From: a virus
Reading direction: 5' to 3' (one strand)
DNA length: 64,000 nt
Virus record (IMG/VR): IMGVR_UViG_3300036770_002724
Coordinates: 75,037 to 139,036 of that record
Positions within the stretch are counted from its first letter, which is position 1. Every line of letters begins with the position of its first letter. A program made the translations under genes and the position numbers. Under the pieces are notes generated by a model that was given only the letters and a program-made list of their open reading frames with translations, had not been told where the DNA came from and did no database searches. Positions 1 to 8,281 of this stretch are shown here, piece by piece.

Positions 1-129
1 GGAGGCGCCCATGCCCAGGAGGGCTCTCGTGTGCGTAAGGTCGCCTGCTCCGAGATCCCAGACGGCTCGGTTCCAGACGAAGTTTGCGACGACCCGCTCC
101 ATCTCGCGGGTCAGTGAGCCGTAGGGCAT
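1..129 (-). CDS. Partial ORF running off the left edge; possible SAM-dependent methyltransferase
   Basis: ATG at 129 with AAGGAGG upstream; translates MPYGSLTREMERVVANFVWNRAVWDLGAGDL..., containing a DLGAG motif-I-like segment. Confidence 0.4.
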   Translation of the reverse strand, partial: MPYGSLTREMERVVANFVWNRAVWDLGAGDLTHTRALLGMGAS

Positions 130-136
130 AGCCCCT

Positions 137-280
137 CCTTGTGCCCTCCAGAGAGGACGCCTCAAAACCCGTACCCTTTGGGTAGCGGGCTTTAGCCCCG
201 GAGCCGGACAACGAAACAGCCCCGGGACTTCATCAGGTGGGAGGCGAGATGTCGAGGCGCCCTCCCGGGAGGGCACAAGG
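137..280 (-). other. 144-bp structured element: 27-bp terminal inverted repeats, 4-bp CCCT flanking duplication; MITE-like or cis-regulatory RNA
   Basis: 137-163 pairs with 254-280 (one mismatch, two G-U on - strand); two internal hairpins; CCCT at 133-136 and 281-284. Confidence 0.6.
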
Positions 281-290
281 CCCTCTGATA

Positions 291-509
291 CTACCGGGGC
301 CGGACCAGCCGGTAGTACTCGGTCGTCTTGTCTGCGGCGTCGGTGACGCGCATGAAGCGGGCTCCCGGCCCGCTCTCATACTTGTCGTCCGCCGCGAACT
401 CCAGGGTCACCATCTGACCCTGGAAGGCGCGGGGGACATCCCAGCGCCCCTCCGCCACCTTGGCGGGGACGGTCTTAGTCGCCTTGTAGTTGAAACCGTT
501 GACCTTCAT
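291..509 (-). CDS. Small hypothetical protein (72 aa), putative leaderless early gene
   Basis: ATG at 509 lies 7 nt after the conserved promoter motif. Confidence 0.7.
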   Translation of the reverse strand: MKVNGFNYKATKTVPAKVAEGRWDVPRAFQGQMVTLEFAADDKYESGPGARFMRVTDAADKTTEYYRLVRPR

Positions 510-516
510 GCCATAG

Positions 517-547
517 CTACTCGTGACCGAGCCCGGTTTAGCCACAA
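517..547 (-). promoter_or_regulatory. Class A motif copy 1 (TTGTGGCTAAAC-N13-GAGTAG)
   Basis: Exact consensus; 7 nt to ATG. Confidence 0.8.
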
Positions 548-612
548 AACGACAGACGCTTCCCGAATTCCCACGGGGGTCTCGCTTTTTGTTCAATGCA
601 CTCAATCAAGTG

Positions 613-948
613 ATGAGCACCCTACGTTCCAAGCTGATCCGACTGGCTCGCCAGCAGCCTACCCTTCGCCCGCACTTGCTGCCCCTACTGAGGGAGGCTT
701 CTTCTATGGATGATGATCTGGAGTTGTCGGTCTATGAACTCTTTCCCCGCCCCGAGACTGCTAGGGCTGAAGCTGAGATCCGAAAAGAAATCGACGACGC
801 CGTCATGGCTACCGTCAAATCCTACAAGAACATCGAAAAACTGATTAAAAAGTACAGCCACCTGGGCACGGAAGACACCGAGTCTCGGAAGCTGATCTGG
901 GACGACTGGGAAATCTCTATGGAGAAGGCCCTTCGCGGAAAGATGTGA
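613..948 (+). CDS. Hypothetical protein with shared N-terminal leader (putative internal virion protein)
   Basis: Starts MSTLRSKLIRLARQQPTLRPHLLPLLREA, near-identical to the leader of the next gene. Confidence 0.7.
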   Translation: MSTLRSKLIRLARQQPTLRPHLLPLLREASSMDDDLELSVYELFPRPETARAEAEIRKEIDDAVMATVKSYKNIEKLIKKYSHLGTEDTESRKLIWDDWEISMEKALRGKM

Positions 949-1074
949 CGGACGCTTCCCACACGGGTTTGCGGGAGAGGGTTCGACCGTGGGTATTCTA
1001 CGTTCCAAGCTGATTCGACTGGCTCACCAGCAGCCTCATCTGCGGCCCGATCTGTTGCCCCTACTGAGGGAAGC
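622..1074 (+). repeat. 77-bp direct repeat (622-698 and 998-1074) encoding the leader peptide
   Basis: Manual alignment: 64/77 nt and 23/26 aa identical. Confidence 0.9.
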
Positions 1075-1630
1075 GGGATTTGCCAGGCGCGCGGTGGATA
1101 CCACCTATGAGACGAAGCTGCTTCCTCCTGTCCTCAAGACCGTATTGGGCGGTCTAGGCTTCCGGAAGCGTCTGGTCAACGTGAGGGTGAGCACCCAGTA
1201 TTCGATGGCTTCTCCAGGTAACGAGGGCAGCCGGGGTTTCTTCGGTATGGTCAGCTTGAATCCTCCCAAGCTGGTCGGGTCCATCCAGTACGGTAACTGG
1301 GGCGGAGGCGGCTTGGGTAAGCCTTCCCCTGTGGACACGGATACGACCTCCCGTTCTCTTGCTGATGGGATGGTCGTGGTCCAGGGTCAAACCGGGGGCT
1401 ACGTTTACGTCAATCTCGTGATGACCCCGGAGACCTTTGAGTTCATCCAACAGGATCCCCGGATGCCCCGGAAGCCCCAAAAGAGCCTTCTGCCGGTCTA
1501 TGTCCTGAAGAATCACAATGGGGTCGAGCTGGCCCGGCATACGGACATCCGAAAGCTCACGGATGAGATGTTGCGCTACGAGATGCAGACCGGAAATCCG
1601 ACCCGAATCGAGATTCTTCAGGACTCGTAA
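989..1630 (+). CDS. Hypothetical protein with shared N-terminal leader (putative internal virion protein)
   Basis: Starts MGILRSKLIRLAHQQPHLRPDLLPLLREA; body unrelated to the previous gene. Confidence 0.75.
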   Translation: MGILRSKLIRLAHQQPHLRPDLLPLLREAGFARRAVDTTYETKLLPPVLKTVLGGLGFRKRLVNVRVSTQYSMASPGNEGSRGFFGMVSLNPPKLVGSIQYGNWGGGGLGKPSPVDTDTTSRSLADGMVVVQGQTGGYVYVNLVMTPETFEFIQQDPRMPRKPQKSLLPVYVLKNHNGVELARHTDIRKLTDEMLRYEMQTGNPTRIEILQDS

Positions 1631-1638
1631 GCCGTAGG

Positions 1639-2007
1639 TCAAGTCTCTTCCTTTGGTTTGATCGGGGGGCAGCACCCCGTCTCAGTCCACCACCAGTCCA
1701 CGACCTCCAGATCGAGCTTATCCCAGATCCACTCGGGAAGCTCGGGCAGCGAGTCGTAGGCGAACCACTCCTCGCCTCCTCTCGTCCGTCCGCGTCGCAG
1801 TCGCTCGTGGAGCATCCCCTCCAGGTGCCCTTGATCCTTGAGCACCAGGATGATTCTTAGCTTGTAGGGGCTTCCCGTCTGAAGCTGCTTGAGGCGACGC
1901 TCCGGATCCCTCGACCGACCGATCTTCACGGCCCCCGTCGTATGGCTCTGGATGAGGTAGAGGTGAACCCCGGGTGTCGGGTTCTGTGGGGGGCTGGTGT
2001 ATCGCAA
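1639..2007 (-). CDS. T5orf172/MUG113-family (GIY-YIG-like) nuclease domain protein
   Basis: YLIQS...VKIGRSRDPERRLKQLQTGSP...EGMLHERL...EWF pattern. Confidence 0.85.
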   Translation of the reverse strand: MRYTSPPQNPTPGVHLYLIQSHTTGAVKIGRSRDPERRLKQLQTGSPYKLRIILVLKDQGHLEGMLHERLRRGRTRGGEEWFAYDSLPELPEWIWDKLDLEVVDWWWTETGCCPPIKPKEET

Positions 2008-2082
2008 CTCGGGGGCCTTTTTGGGGGACCGGCTATCGTCATTTTACCCTGATGGTTTTTTCAGGTTCGGGTATGTAGAGGC

Positions 2083-2361
2083 ATGACAAGGCTTCAACTC
2101 GTCAAGCTGGCAAGGCAGAGGGGCATCAAGGGGGCGTCGAAGATGCGAGTCGACGAACTCAAGTACCATCTGTCCGATAACGGGGTGTTGCCCCAGATCC
2201 CCGAAGAGGATACGGTAGTGGAGGACGAAACGCCTCGTCCTCCTGAGATCACGATTCGACTGAACACTCCGATGTTCCGGCACCGTCCTGTCCTGATGGC
2301 GTTCGCGGAGCTTGTCATCGCCCTCAAGGAAGCCGAGGAACTGGGCATCATCGAGACATGA
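2083..2361 (+). CDS. Rho N-terminal-like (HeH) domain protein
   Basis: TRLQLVKLARQRGIKGASKMRVDELKYHL matches the Rho_N pattern. Confidence 0.65.
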   Translation: MTRLQLVKLARQRGIKGASKMRVDELKYHLSDNGVLPQIPEEDTVVEDETPRPPEITIRLNTPMFRHRPVLMAFAELVIALKEAEELGIIET

Positions 2362-3029
2362 AGGACAAGCACATTCGGGTTCGGATTGAGCAGTGCCTTC
2401 TGCTGGCCAAGGCGTCGAATTGCCCTCGCAGGTCTTTCGGTGCCCTTCTGCTCGACCCCGAGCGTAACGTCGTTCTCGCGGACGGCTACAACGGTGCTCC
2501 CCGTGGAGGAGGGTCTCTCTGCGGGGGGCACCGTTGTCTTCGCGACGGGCTCGCTCCCGATCAGGTCGAGATCCGTTCTTTCGGAGACCAATGCGCCGTC
2601 CACATTCGTTCGGGACAATCTTGGGAGTCTGCCCTCTATCCAGACGGGCGGGTCTTGGGGTCTCCCGATCAAGCAGATGCCTTGAAGGCCCGGCTCCTCA
2701 AAGAAAACCTCCCCGTCGCTTCGGGGACGCGCGTCGAGATCGGGTGCGTCCACGCCGAAATGAACGTCATCTGTAACGCGGCGGCGGGCGGGGTAAAGTC
2801 AGCAGGGGCTTGGTTGATCGTGACCGGCGAGCCCTGCCTCCAATGCGCCAAGCTCGTCCATCACGCGGGAATCGTCCACGTCATCGTGGTCGCGGGCGGG
2901 TACGCCGGGGCGAATGGACTGGAGTATCTGCGGGAGCACAAGGTTCGAGTGACCGAGGTGGACGGTCCGCAGGATCCCCGGCTTGGGAAGGCGGTTCAGT
3001 CTGGTATGTGTACGTCCTCCAGTCTTTAG
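2358..3029 (+). CDS. dCMP/cytidine deaminase family protein with internal insertion
   Basis: SNCPRR, GYNGAPRG, HAEMN and PCLQC zinc motifs. Confidence 0.9.
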   Translation: MKDKHIRVRIEQCLLLAKASNCPRRSFGALLLDPERNVVLADGYNGAPRGGGSLCGGHRCLRDGLAPDQVEIRSFGDQCAVHIRSGQSWESALYPDGRVLGSPDQADALKARLLKENLPVASGTRVEIGCVHAEMNVICNAAAGGVKSAGAWLIVTGEPCLQCAKLVHHAGIVHVIVVAGGYAGANGLEYLREHKVRVTEVDGPQDPRLGKAVQSGMCTSSSL

Positions 3030-3346
3030 AGCCTCGACCCCGAGGACTCCCTGGCTTCCACTACGTCGGCTGTACCACAGATCCCGTCCGGCGACTTCGC
3101 CAGCACAACGGTGAGATCGTCGGCGGAGCCAAGTACACGTCAAAGCATCGCCCGTGGGTCGCCCGTGCATTGTACGGTCCCTATTCCGGAAAGGTCTCTG
3201 CCATGAAGGCGGAGTACGCCCTGAAGCATGGGAAGCGGGGGACGGCCCGTACTCGATGGTCCCCCGAGGATTCGATCTGGTGTCGCGGGGCGGGACCGGA
3301 TCATCCTTGGGTAAGCGACCCGACGAAAGACCCTTCCTGGGACTGA
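3008..3346 (+). CDS. GIY-YIG nuclease (SLX1-like); start uncertain
   Basis: YVYVLQS...YVGCTTDPVRRLRQHNGEIVGGAKYT..RPW; only nearby in-frame start is GTG 3008. Confidence 0.85.
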   Translation: MYVLQSLEPRPRGLPGFHYVGCTTDPVRRLRQHNGEIVGGAKYTSKHRPWVARALYGPYSGKVSAMKAEYALKHGKRGTARTRWSPEDSIWCRGAGPDHPWVSDPTKDPSWD

Positions 3347-3349
3347 GCC

Positions 3350-3363
3350 TAGTCCTCCTATAG
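3350..3363 (+). promoter_or_regulatory. Putative late-type motif TAG-N6-TATAG
   Basis: Similar 14-mers at 10975, 41335, 58381, 48712, 40216 upstream of + strand genes. Confidence 0.35.
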
Positions 3364-3389
3364 TCCGTCTCCTTTCGAGGGAGATCGCG

Positions 3390-3677
3390 ATGCCCGAATC
3401 TGCACCGAGGCGGGGGAACGAAGTTACCGTCACGCTGAACTGGGTTGAGATCCTGTTCAAAGTTCTTGCGGCTTCCGTCTTACCGCTCCTCTTGTGGGGG
3501 GTTCGGCTGGAGTCCAAGCAGACGACGCAGGAACTGAAGATCCAGCAGATAACGGAGGAGGTGGCGGCGACCCGGGGTCACGCCACGGCGCTCGTTCGAC
3601 TGGAGGAGCAGGTCAAGTCCGCGAACGAAAAGCTGGTCGAGATCAAGGTTCTTCTGAACAAGAGGCCCGTGGAGTGA
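3390..3677 (+). CDS. Single-TM plus coiled-coil protein (holin/spanin-like possible)
   Basis: WVEILFKVLAASVLPLLLWGV hydrophobic helix followed by heptad-like region. Confidence 0.55.
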   Translation: MPESAPRRGNEVTVTLNWVEILFKVLAASVLPLLLWGVRLESKQTTQELKIQQITEEVAATRGHATALVRLEEQVKSANEKLVEIKVLLNKRPVE

Positions 3678-4039
3678 TGAAGGATTTACGGAAGCCGCTT
3701 TTCCTAGCGGTCATTTTCACGACGATCTTTGTTTCCGTGCTATTCGTGAGCTTTCCCTCGCCGCTCCCTTCCGAAGAGGTTACGGTCATACGGCTACCTC
3801 TCCCGAAGTCGGAGACGAGTACCTTGACGCTAGGGACCGCGACGACGGCGATCAGTCGGATCGAGAGGGACCTGTCGGCTATCCAGAAGACCCTCGAAGA
3901 TCGAAGGGCGAAAGAAATCGAAGGTTACGCACGAAGAAACGGCTGGGACAAAAAGCTCCCCACCAAGGTCAAAGACCCGATCCTCTACGACGAGTGGAAA
4001 GACCTTCGGGCCAAGGGAAAGGTCTATGGGACTCCCTAG
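3677..4039 (+). CDS. N-terminal TM plus coiled-coil protein
   Basis: ATG overlaps upstream TGA; PLFLAVIFTTIFVSVLFVSF helix. Confidence 0.6.
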   Translation: MKDLRKPLFLAVIFTTIFVSVLFVSFPSPLPSEEVTVIRLPLPKSETSTLTLGTATTAISRIERDLSAIQKTLEDRRAKEIEGYARRNGWDKKLPTKVKDPILYDEWKDLRAKGKVYGTP

Positions 4040-4220
4040 AATCTACGAATACAAGGCCGAGGACGGAACGACCTACTGGACGTTCAAGCTCATCCAAGGG
4101 AAGATCACCCCTCCTACGAGGCTAGAAGTCCAGAGCCGTCTAGGCATACACCTGATCAACTTTCTTGTCTGGCTTCGGGCCGAGGGTCGCCGTCGGTCTG
4201 AGGGTAACATCCCGGAATGA
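4026..4220 (+). CDS. Small hypothetical protein
   Basis: Overlapping start/stop with neighbours in the operon. Confidence 0.55.
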   Translation: MGLPRIYEYKAEDGTTYWTFKLIQGKITPPTRLEVQSRLGIHLINFLVWLRAEGRRRSEGNIPE

Positions 4221-4549
4221 ACGACACCGAGATCCCCACTCCTGTTGAAACTTCGTCCGAGGCTTCGAGCGATCCTCGCATCAAGGGTTACCTGAGCCCT
4301 CAAAAGCTGAAAGCCATGCAGGCACTCCGGCAATCTGGGCGTGACCTCGTGACTGAAATCGGGATGCTGGAGGTCCGCAAGACTCGGCTCATGTCGAATC
4401 TCGCTCAGATCGAGGCTCAGGGAGAGGCTCTTGTGACTGAAGAAGCTCGAAAGGTGGGTGTTCCCGAGGGTGCTGCTTTTTCGGTGACGCCCGAGGGTGC
4501 GATTCTCGTGAACGGACCCGTTGCAGTACCTGCCCCCGACGGGGGTTGA
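4217..4549 (+). CDS. Hypothetical coiled-coil protein
   Basis: ATGA coupling; helical composition. Confidence 0.6.
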   Translation: MNDTEIPTPVETSSEASSDPRIKGYLSPQKLKAMQALRQSGRDLVTEIGMLEVRKTRLMSNLAQIEAQGEALVTEEARKVGVPEGAAFSVTPEGAILVNGPVAVPAPDGG

Positions 4550-4567
4550 GAACACCAGGAGGGGGCC

Positions 4568-6061
4568 ATGCCCGAGGGATGGGATCCGACATCAACCGAC
4601 CGACCGTTGCCTCCGCAGAACGGTCAGGCGGTCAGTCCTTTCATCACGGGCATCTTGGACATCCGCTGGGATGACCCCGCCCTTCTCGCGGGAAACAGCA
4701 TCTACACGGTCGTAGGCGTCAACGTCTATCGCTCTGACGCCTCCGACCGTGGACCCTACTTTCGGCTCAACGCCCTTCCCGTCGGCGGCGGGTTCTACCG
4801 CGACCTCACCGACATGGTTCCGGTTCACCGGGAGGTCATCCCCTGGGATACCGGCTGGATCTTCCGAGGTGACGCCCCTAACCTTCGGCGGTGGACTCTG
4901 CGGACCTCGCAGCCTATCGTGAAGGCGGTCTTTCAACCGCCCTACAGCCGGGCGACGCCTGCGAACTCGCCTTCTGACGTTACCGTTTACATCAACGGCA
5001 TCCTCGTTCCGGTCGAGTCGGTTTTCGGTCCCACGGGAGAAGTGACCCTCGTCAATCTGGGGGACATCGACGTTGCTCGCCAGAAGATCGACAACCCGGT
5101 TTTGCCGACGGAGACGTCCACGGTCGAGGTTTCTTACTTCGCCGCCCAGAACATCGTTCGGTCGGGCCTCGAACTCCACAGCTACTACCGGCTGACGACG
5201 GTCGTGATCGATCCGACGACTCCTTCCGGATACCGGGAGTCGGGTCTAGGCTACTGTCCGCCGATCATCAGCAAGCAAACGGAAGCCCTCGATTACATCT
5301 GGCGCGAGGCGGTTCGTCGGAACCAGTGGATCGTTCAGCAGGGCGGGGAGCGGGCCAAGATTTTCATTCGCAGAACCGCTGGGATCCCTTGTACGCACGG
5401 CATGGATCCCCGGACCATTGAGTTTGGGGGTCAGCCTTCGATTCGGTGTCAGATTTGCTTCGGCACGGGTTTCGTCGGGGGCTATGACGGGCCTTTCGAC
5501 GTTCTTATCGCGCCGGATGACGCCGAGCGGAAGATCACCCAGACGATGACGGGTCGGCGCAGGGAGCACACGCAGGACGTCTGGATAGGGCCGAGCCCCG
5601 TCGTCACGATGAGGGACTTCATCGTGAAGCAAACGAACGAGCGGTACTCCATTGGGCCTGTCAGGAGGCCCACCAATCGAGGCGTCTACCTTCAGCAGCA
5701 CTTTATGATCGGCTCTCTGGACGAGGCGGACATCCGTTACGCGGTCCCCATCGACGGAGTCGAGAAGTACGCCTGGCCCCAGAACCGCTGGTCTATCGTC
5801 CAGACGCCGACCTCTTTCGTGGACGGCTACCCGCCGACCCCCCAGCAGCGCCAGATCAACGGTCTCACGCCGACTGCCGATCCGTGGCCCCTTGGACCTA
5901 CGGCAGAGGCTCCGATGGGAACCTCGAACGGTTCCTCTCCGCCCGAGCTTGAGCAGAGAGGCCGAACGACGGTCTGGTCCAACATTTCTCGCGCTTTCTG
6001 GCCTATACTTCTGCTTCCTAGTATGTGGGAGACATTCTGTGCAGTATCTTGGCCCCTGTGA
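4568..6061 (+). CDS. Putative neck/head-tail connector protein (FN3-like N-terminus, CxxCxGxG motif)
   Basis: Position at the head of the tail operon; VVGVNVYRS beta motif; RCQICFGTGFVGGY. Confidence 0.55.
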   Translation: MPEGWDPTSTDRPLPPQNGQAVSPFITGILDIRWDDPALLAGNSIYTVVGVNVYRSDASDRGPYFRLNALPVGGGFYRDLTDMVPVHREVIPWDTGWIFRGDAPNLRRWTLRTSQPIVKAVFQPPYSRATPANSPSDVTVYINGILVPVESVFGPTGEVTLVNLGDIDVARQKIDNPVLPTETSTVEVSYFAAQNIVRSGLELHSYYRLTTVVIDPTTPSGYRESGLGYCPPIISKQTEALDYIWREAVRRNQWIVQQGGERAKIFIRRTAGIPCTHGMDPRTIEFGGQPSIRCQICFGTGFVGGYDGPFDVLIAPDDAERKITQTMTGRRREHTQDVWIGPSPVVTMRDFIVKQTNERYSIGPVRRPTNRGVYLQQHFMIGSLDEADIRYAVPIDGVEKYAWPQNRWSIVQTPTSFVDGYPPTPQQRQINGLTPTADPWPLGPTAEAPMGTSNGSSPPELEQRGRTTVWSNISRAFWPILLLPSMWETFCAVSWPL

Positions 6062-7067
6062 AGTTTGCGGGAAACTGAACCGAAACTATAGGGCACTGGC
6101 AGCACATCTTCGTCACACGTCCGATCAAGCACATCGGGATTTGCTCTTCAAATGGCATCATTGGCGTTCCGAGTACAGGGCTACTCTTCGTTGTCGAAAG
6201 TGTGGTCAGCTTTGGACCACGAAACACAAAGCTGACCACGAAAACAAGCGGTGCCCAAGATGTGAGGAACTGAGGCGTGTTCTTGGGAAACGTCGATATG
6301 AACAGCTAAAGTTTGATATGGTCTCCGACACCCGCCATGTGATGACTGATTCTGGAACGAAGGCGGGTTGGGACGGGCTGGAAAAACGACATACCGTTTG
6401 GGTTATGGGGGATGACCTAACTTGGAAGGTTTTCGAGGCTTTTGAGGAGGGGCTTCCAGTCAATAAGGTAATTCATAGCCTGGGCATTACATATCAGGTC
6501 TATGCTGACATTTTGATGGCTATTTTAGGTGCGGACGTGTATCAAGCCGCCCACAAAAGACGTAAGAGATTGGTGGGGTCGGTAAACGTGCAGCGCGCCC
6601 ATGCTAAGTGGGCTTCCATGTCCTCAGACGACAAGGCTGCGTATTATCAGAAGCATTTCGGTAAAGGTTCAGCCTTAGAGGCAGGTTTTGCTGGTGCTTT
6701 ACGTCGTTCTGGGATTACCGATCTATTGCTGAACGTGTGGCAATCTTTGAGTGTGGGGGGTCGTGTGTGTCCCCGTGAAGCGGACATCAAGATTTCCCTC
6801 GAAGACGGTCGAAAAGCGGTCATATTGTGTGACGGTGAGGCTTTTCACGGCCCCAGATTCATTTACGGGTCACCAACTGCCCGCATCGCAGAAGACGTTG
6901 CAACCGCAGAGGCTTACTTCGATGTAGGCTATTCTGTGTTTCGATATTCAGAAACGGAGATAAAGTCTGGTTGGGCTTTAGATCATCTATTGGGTGCTCT
7001 AATAAGGCTTAGGTCAGGTACGTCGAAGATTTACCGCACTTGGTGTCCTTCGGAAGAACGGGCTTCT
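5990..7067 (+). mobile_element. AT-richer insertion carrying a free-standing endonuclease, bounded by TTCT repeats
   Basis: TTCT at 5986-5989 and 7064-7067; removal gives AAC ATT TCT TAG TT ATG, restoring a stop next to the following gene. Confidence 0.5.
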
Positions 7068-7070
7068 TAG
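6039..7070 (+). CDS. Zinc-finger plus Vsr/DUF559-like (PD-D/ExK) endonuclease, homing-endonuclease-like
   Basis: CEVC...H...H, CRKC and CPRC motifs; C-terminal EADI...ILCDGEAFHG...YSVFRYSETEIK; GTG start with GGAG. Confidence 0.8.
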   Translation: MQYLGPCEVCGKLNRNYRALAAHLRHTSDQAHRDLLFKWHHWRSEYRATLRCRKCGQLWTTKHKADHENKRCPRCEELRRVLGKRRYEQLKFDMVSDTRHVMTDSGTKAGWDGLEKRHTVWVMGDDLTWKVFEAFEEGLPVNKVIHSLGITYQVYADILMAILGADVYQAAHKRRKRLVGSVNVQRAHAKWASMSSDDKAAYYQKHFGKGSALEAGFAGALRRSGITDLLLNVWQSLSVGGRVCPREADIKISLEDGRKAVILCDGEAFHGPRFIYGSPTARIAEDVATAEAYFDVGYSVFRYSETEIKSGWALDHLLGALIRLRSGTSKIYRTWCPSEERAS

Positions 7071-7072
7071 TT

Positions 7073-7678
7073 ATGGCGAAGATCCAGATGCGGAGGGTTC
7101 GAGGGAAGCCTTGGTCCAAGACCAAGGAGATTCCCTTGACCCCTTCGACGTTGCGGCGTCTCGGTTATGCCATCGTCAAAGAGTTGAAACGGGAAGCAGC
7201 CAAGGACTTCGCCAAACGGGGGTGGTCAGGCGAGGATCCGATGGGAGGCAAGCCGATCTGGGAGTCCTTCCACTTCAGCGTGAGGGGTCAAGATGTGATC
7301 GTTTACTCGACCTTCTATGGGATGAAGGAACTTGCGAAGGGGGACATCCCGGCTCGGAAGATGACATGGCTCACGCAGAAGGCCAAAGAGGAGCACCCCT
7401 CCCAGTATGCACTCACCGACCGCGAAAAAGAACTCGGTATGAGGGTCACGGGCAAGCCGAGCAAAGGTGAGCGTCTGCCTCTGATCGTTCCGGTGGAGTC
7501 GAACGGGTCCGTTGTTTTTCGGGTCGCGCCGCTTCGTTTCGCAGATGCTTGGGTCCATCCTGGGATTGCCAAGTTCACGTTCTTTGGGCGGGCGATACGA
7601 AAGGGTCGGGAAGCCTGCATGGAGATCATCGCGGAGGAGATCGCGAAAGCCCTTGCCGAAGGGGATCCGACCCGATGA
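7073..7678 (+). CDS. Putative neck/tail-completion protein
   Basis: Basic protein in neck cluster; W.HPGI..FTFFGRA C-terminus; context only. Confidence 0.45.
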   Translation: MAKIQMRRVRGKPWSKTKEIPLTPSTLRRLGYAIVKELKREAAKDFAKRGWSGEDPMGGKPIWESFHFSVRGQDVIVYSTFYGMKELAKGDIPARKMTWLTQKAKEEHPSQYALTDREKELGMRVTGKPSKGERLPLIVPVESNGSVVFRVAPLRFADAWVHPGIAKFTFFGRAIRKGREACMEIIAEEIAKALAEGDPTR

Positions 7679-8277
7679 GAGAAGCGGAGATCACCTGCTT
7701 GTGTTCGCCTGGGGTCCAGATTGCGGACCTGGGACTCTCTTTGAAACGTGGGGATGTCATTTACCTCTCCGAAGACAAGATCCGTCGGTCGCAGCACTTG
7801 GAGACGGTTCGGCGCGCGAACGGGGTGTCCGTCCGATGGGTCGAACGCTGTCGAGAAAAGCGCGAACCTAAGATCGAAGCTCCCTTCATGGCTCCTGTCT
7901 CATCATCCCCTTCGCCTGTTCTGGGGGTTCCCCTTGCACCCATTCCGGAGACTTCCTCTGGGTTGCCCTTGGATATGGTCGAACTGGAAGCCCTCCTCAA
8001 GCGGGTCGTCAGTCCTTTGATCGAACAGGTGTCCGCCTTGCGGCAAGAGATCGCCCAGCGACCTTCCGTGGTCATGGCCCGTGAGGCGGTTCCTGTTTCT
8101 TCACGACCCTCGATTCCCGGGTCGGGTACGGTGGCTTCTGAAGCCCCTTTGTTCATCCCTAGCGATCTGGTGAATTCGGGGCTCAAAGCGGACATCGCCT
8201 TCGTCGAGAAGGAGCAGTCGGTAGGGGGGCTGGACTCTGCTACTGAGGCTCTGAAGGCGCTCAAGAAAAAACGGTGA
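7675..8277 (+). CDS. Hypothetical protein with Pro-rich linker and coiled coil
   Basis: ATGA coupling; directly upstream of the actin gene. Confidence 0.6.
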   Translation: MREAEITCLCSPGVQIADLGLSLKRGDVIYLSEDKIRRSQHLETVRRANGVSVRWVERCREKREPKIEAPFMAPVSSSPSPVLGVPLAPIPETSSGLPLDMVELEALLKRVVSPLIEQVSALRQEIAQRPSVVMAREAVPVSSRPSIPGSGTVASEAPLFIPSDLVNSGLKADIAFVEKEQSVGGLDSATEALKALKKKR

Positions 8278-8281
8278 AATC

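Noticed and set aside
164-253. Canonical hammerhead ribozyme
   Set aside because: G12 of the GAAA is missing and stem I does not abut the CUGAUGA; kept only as hammerhead-like
517-547. Sigma54 promoter (TGGC resembles the -24 box)
   Set aside because: No GC at the required -12 position in the copies checked
2550-2720. Intein in the dCMP deaminase insertion
   Set aside because: Too short, and lacks a Cys/Ser start and His-Asn end
5990-7067. Group I intron
   Set aside because: The insert is almost wholly coding, leaving no room for a ribozyme core; no P4-P7 elements recognised
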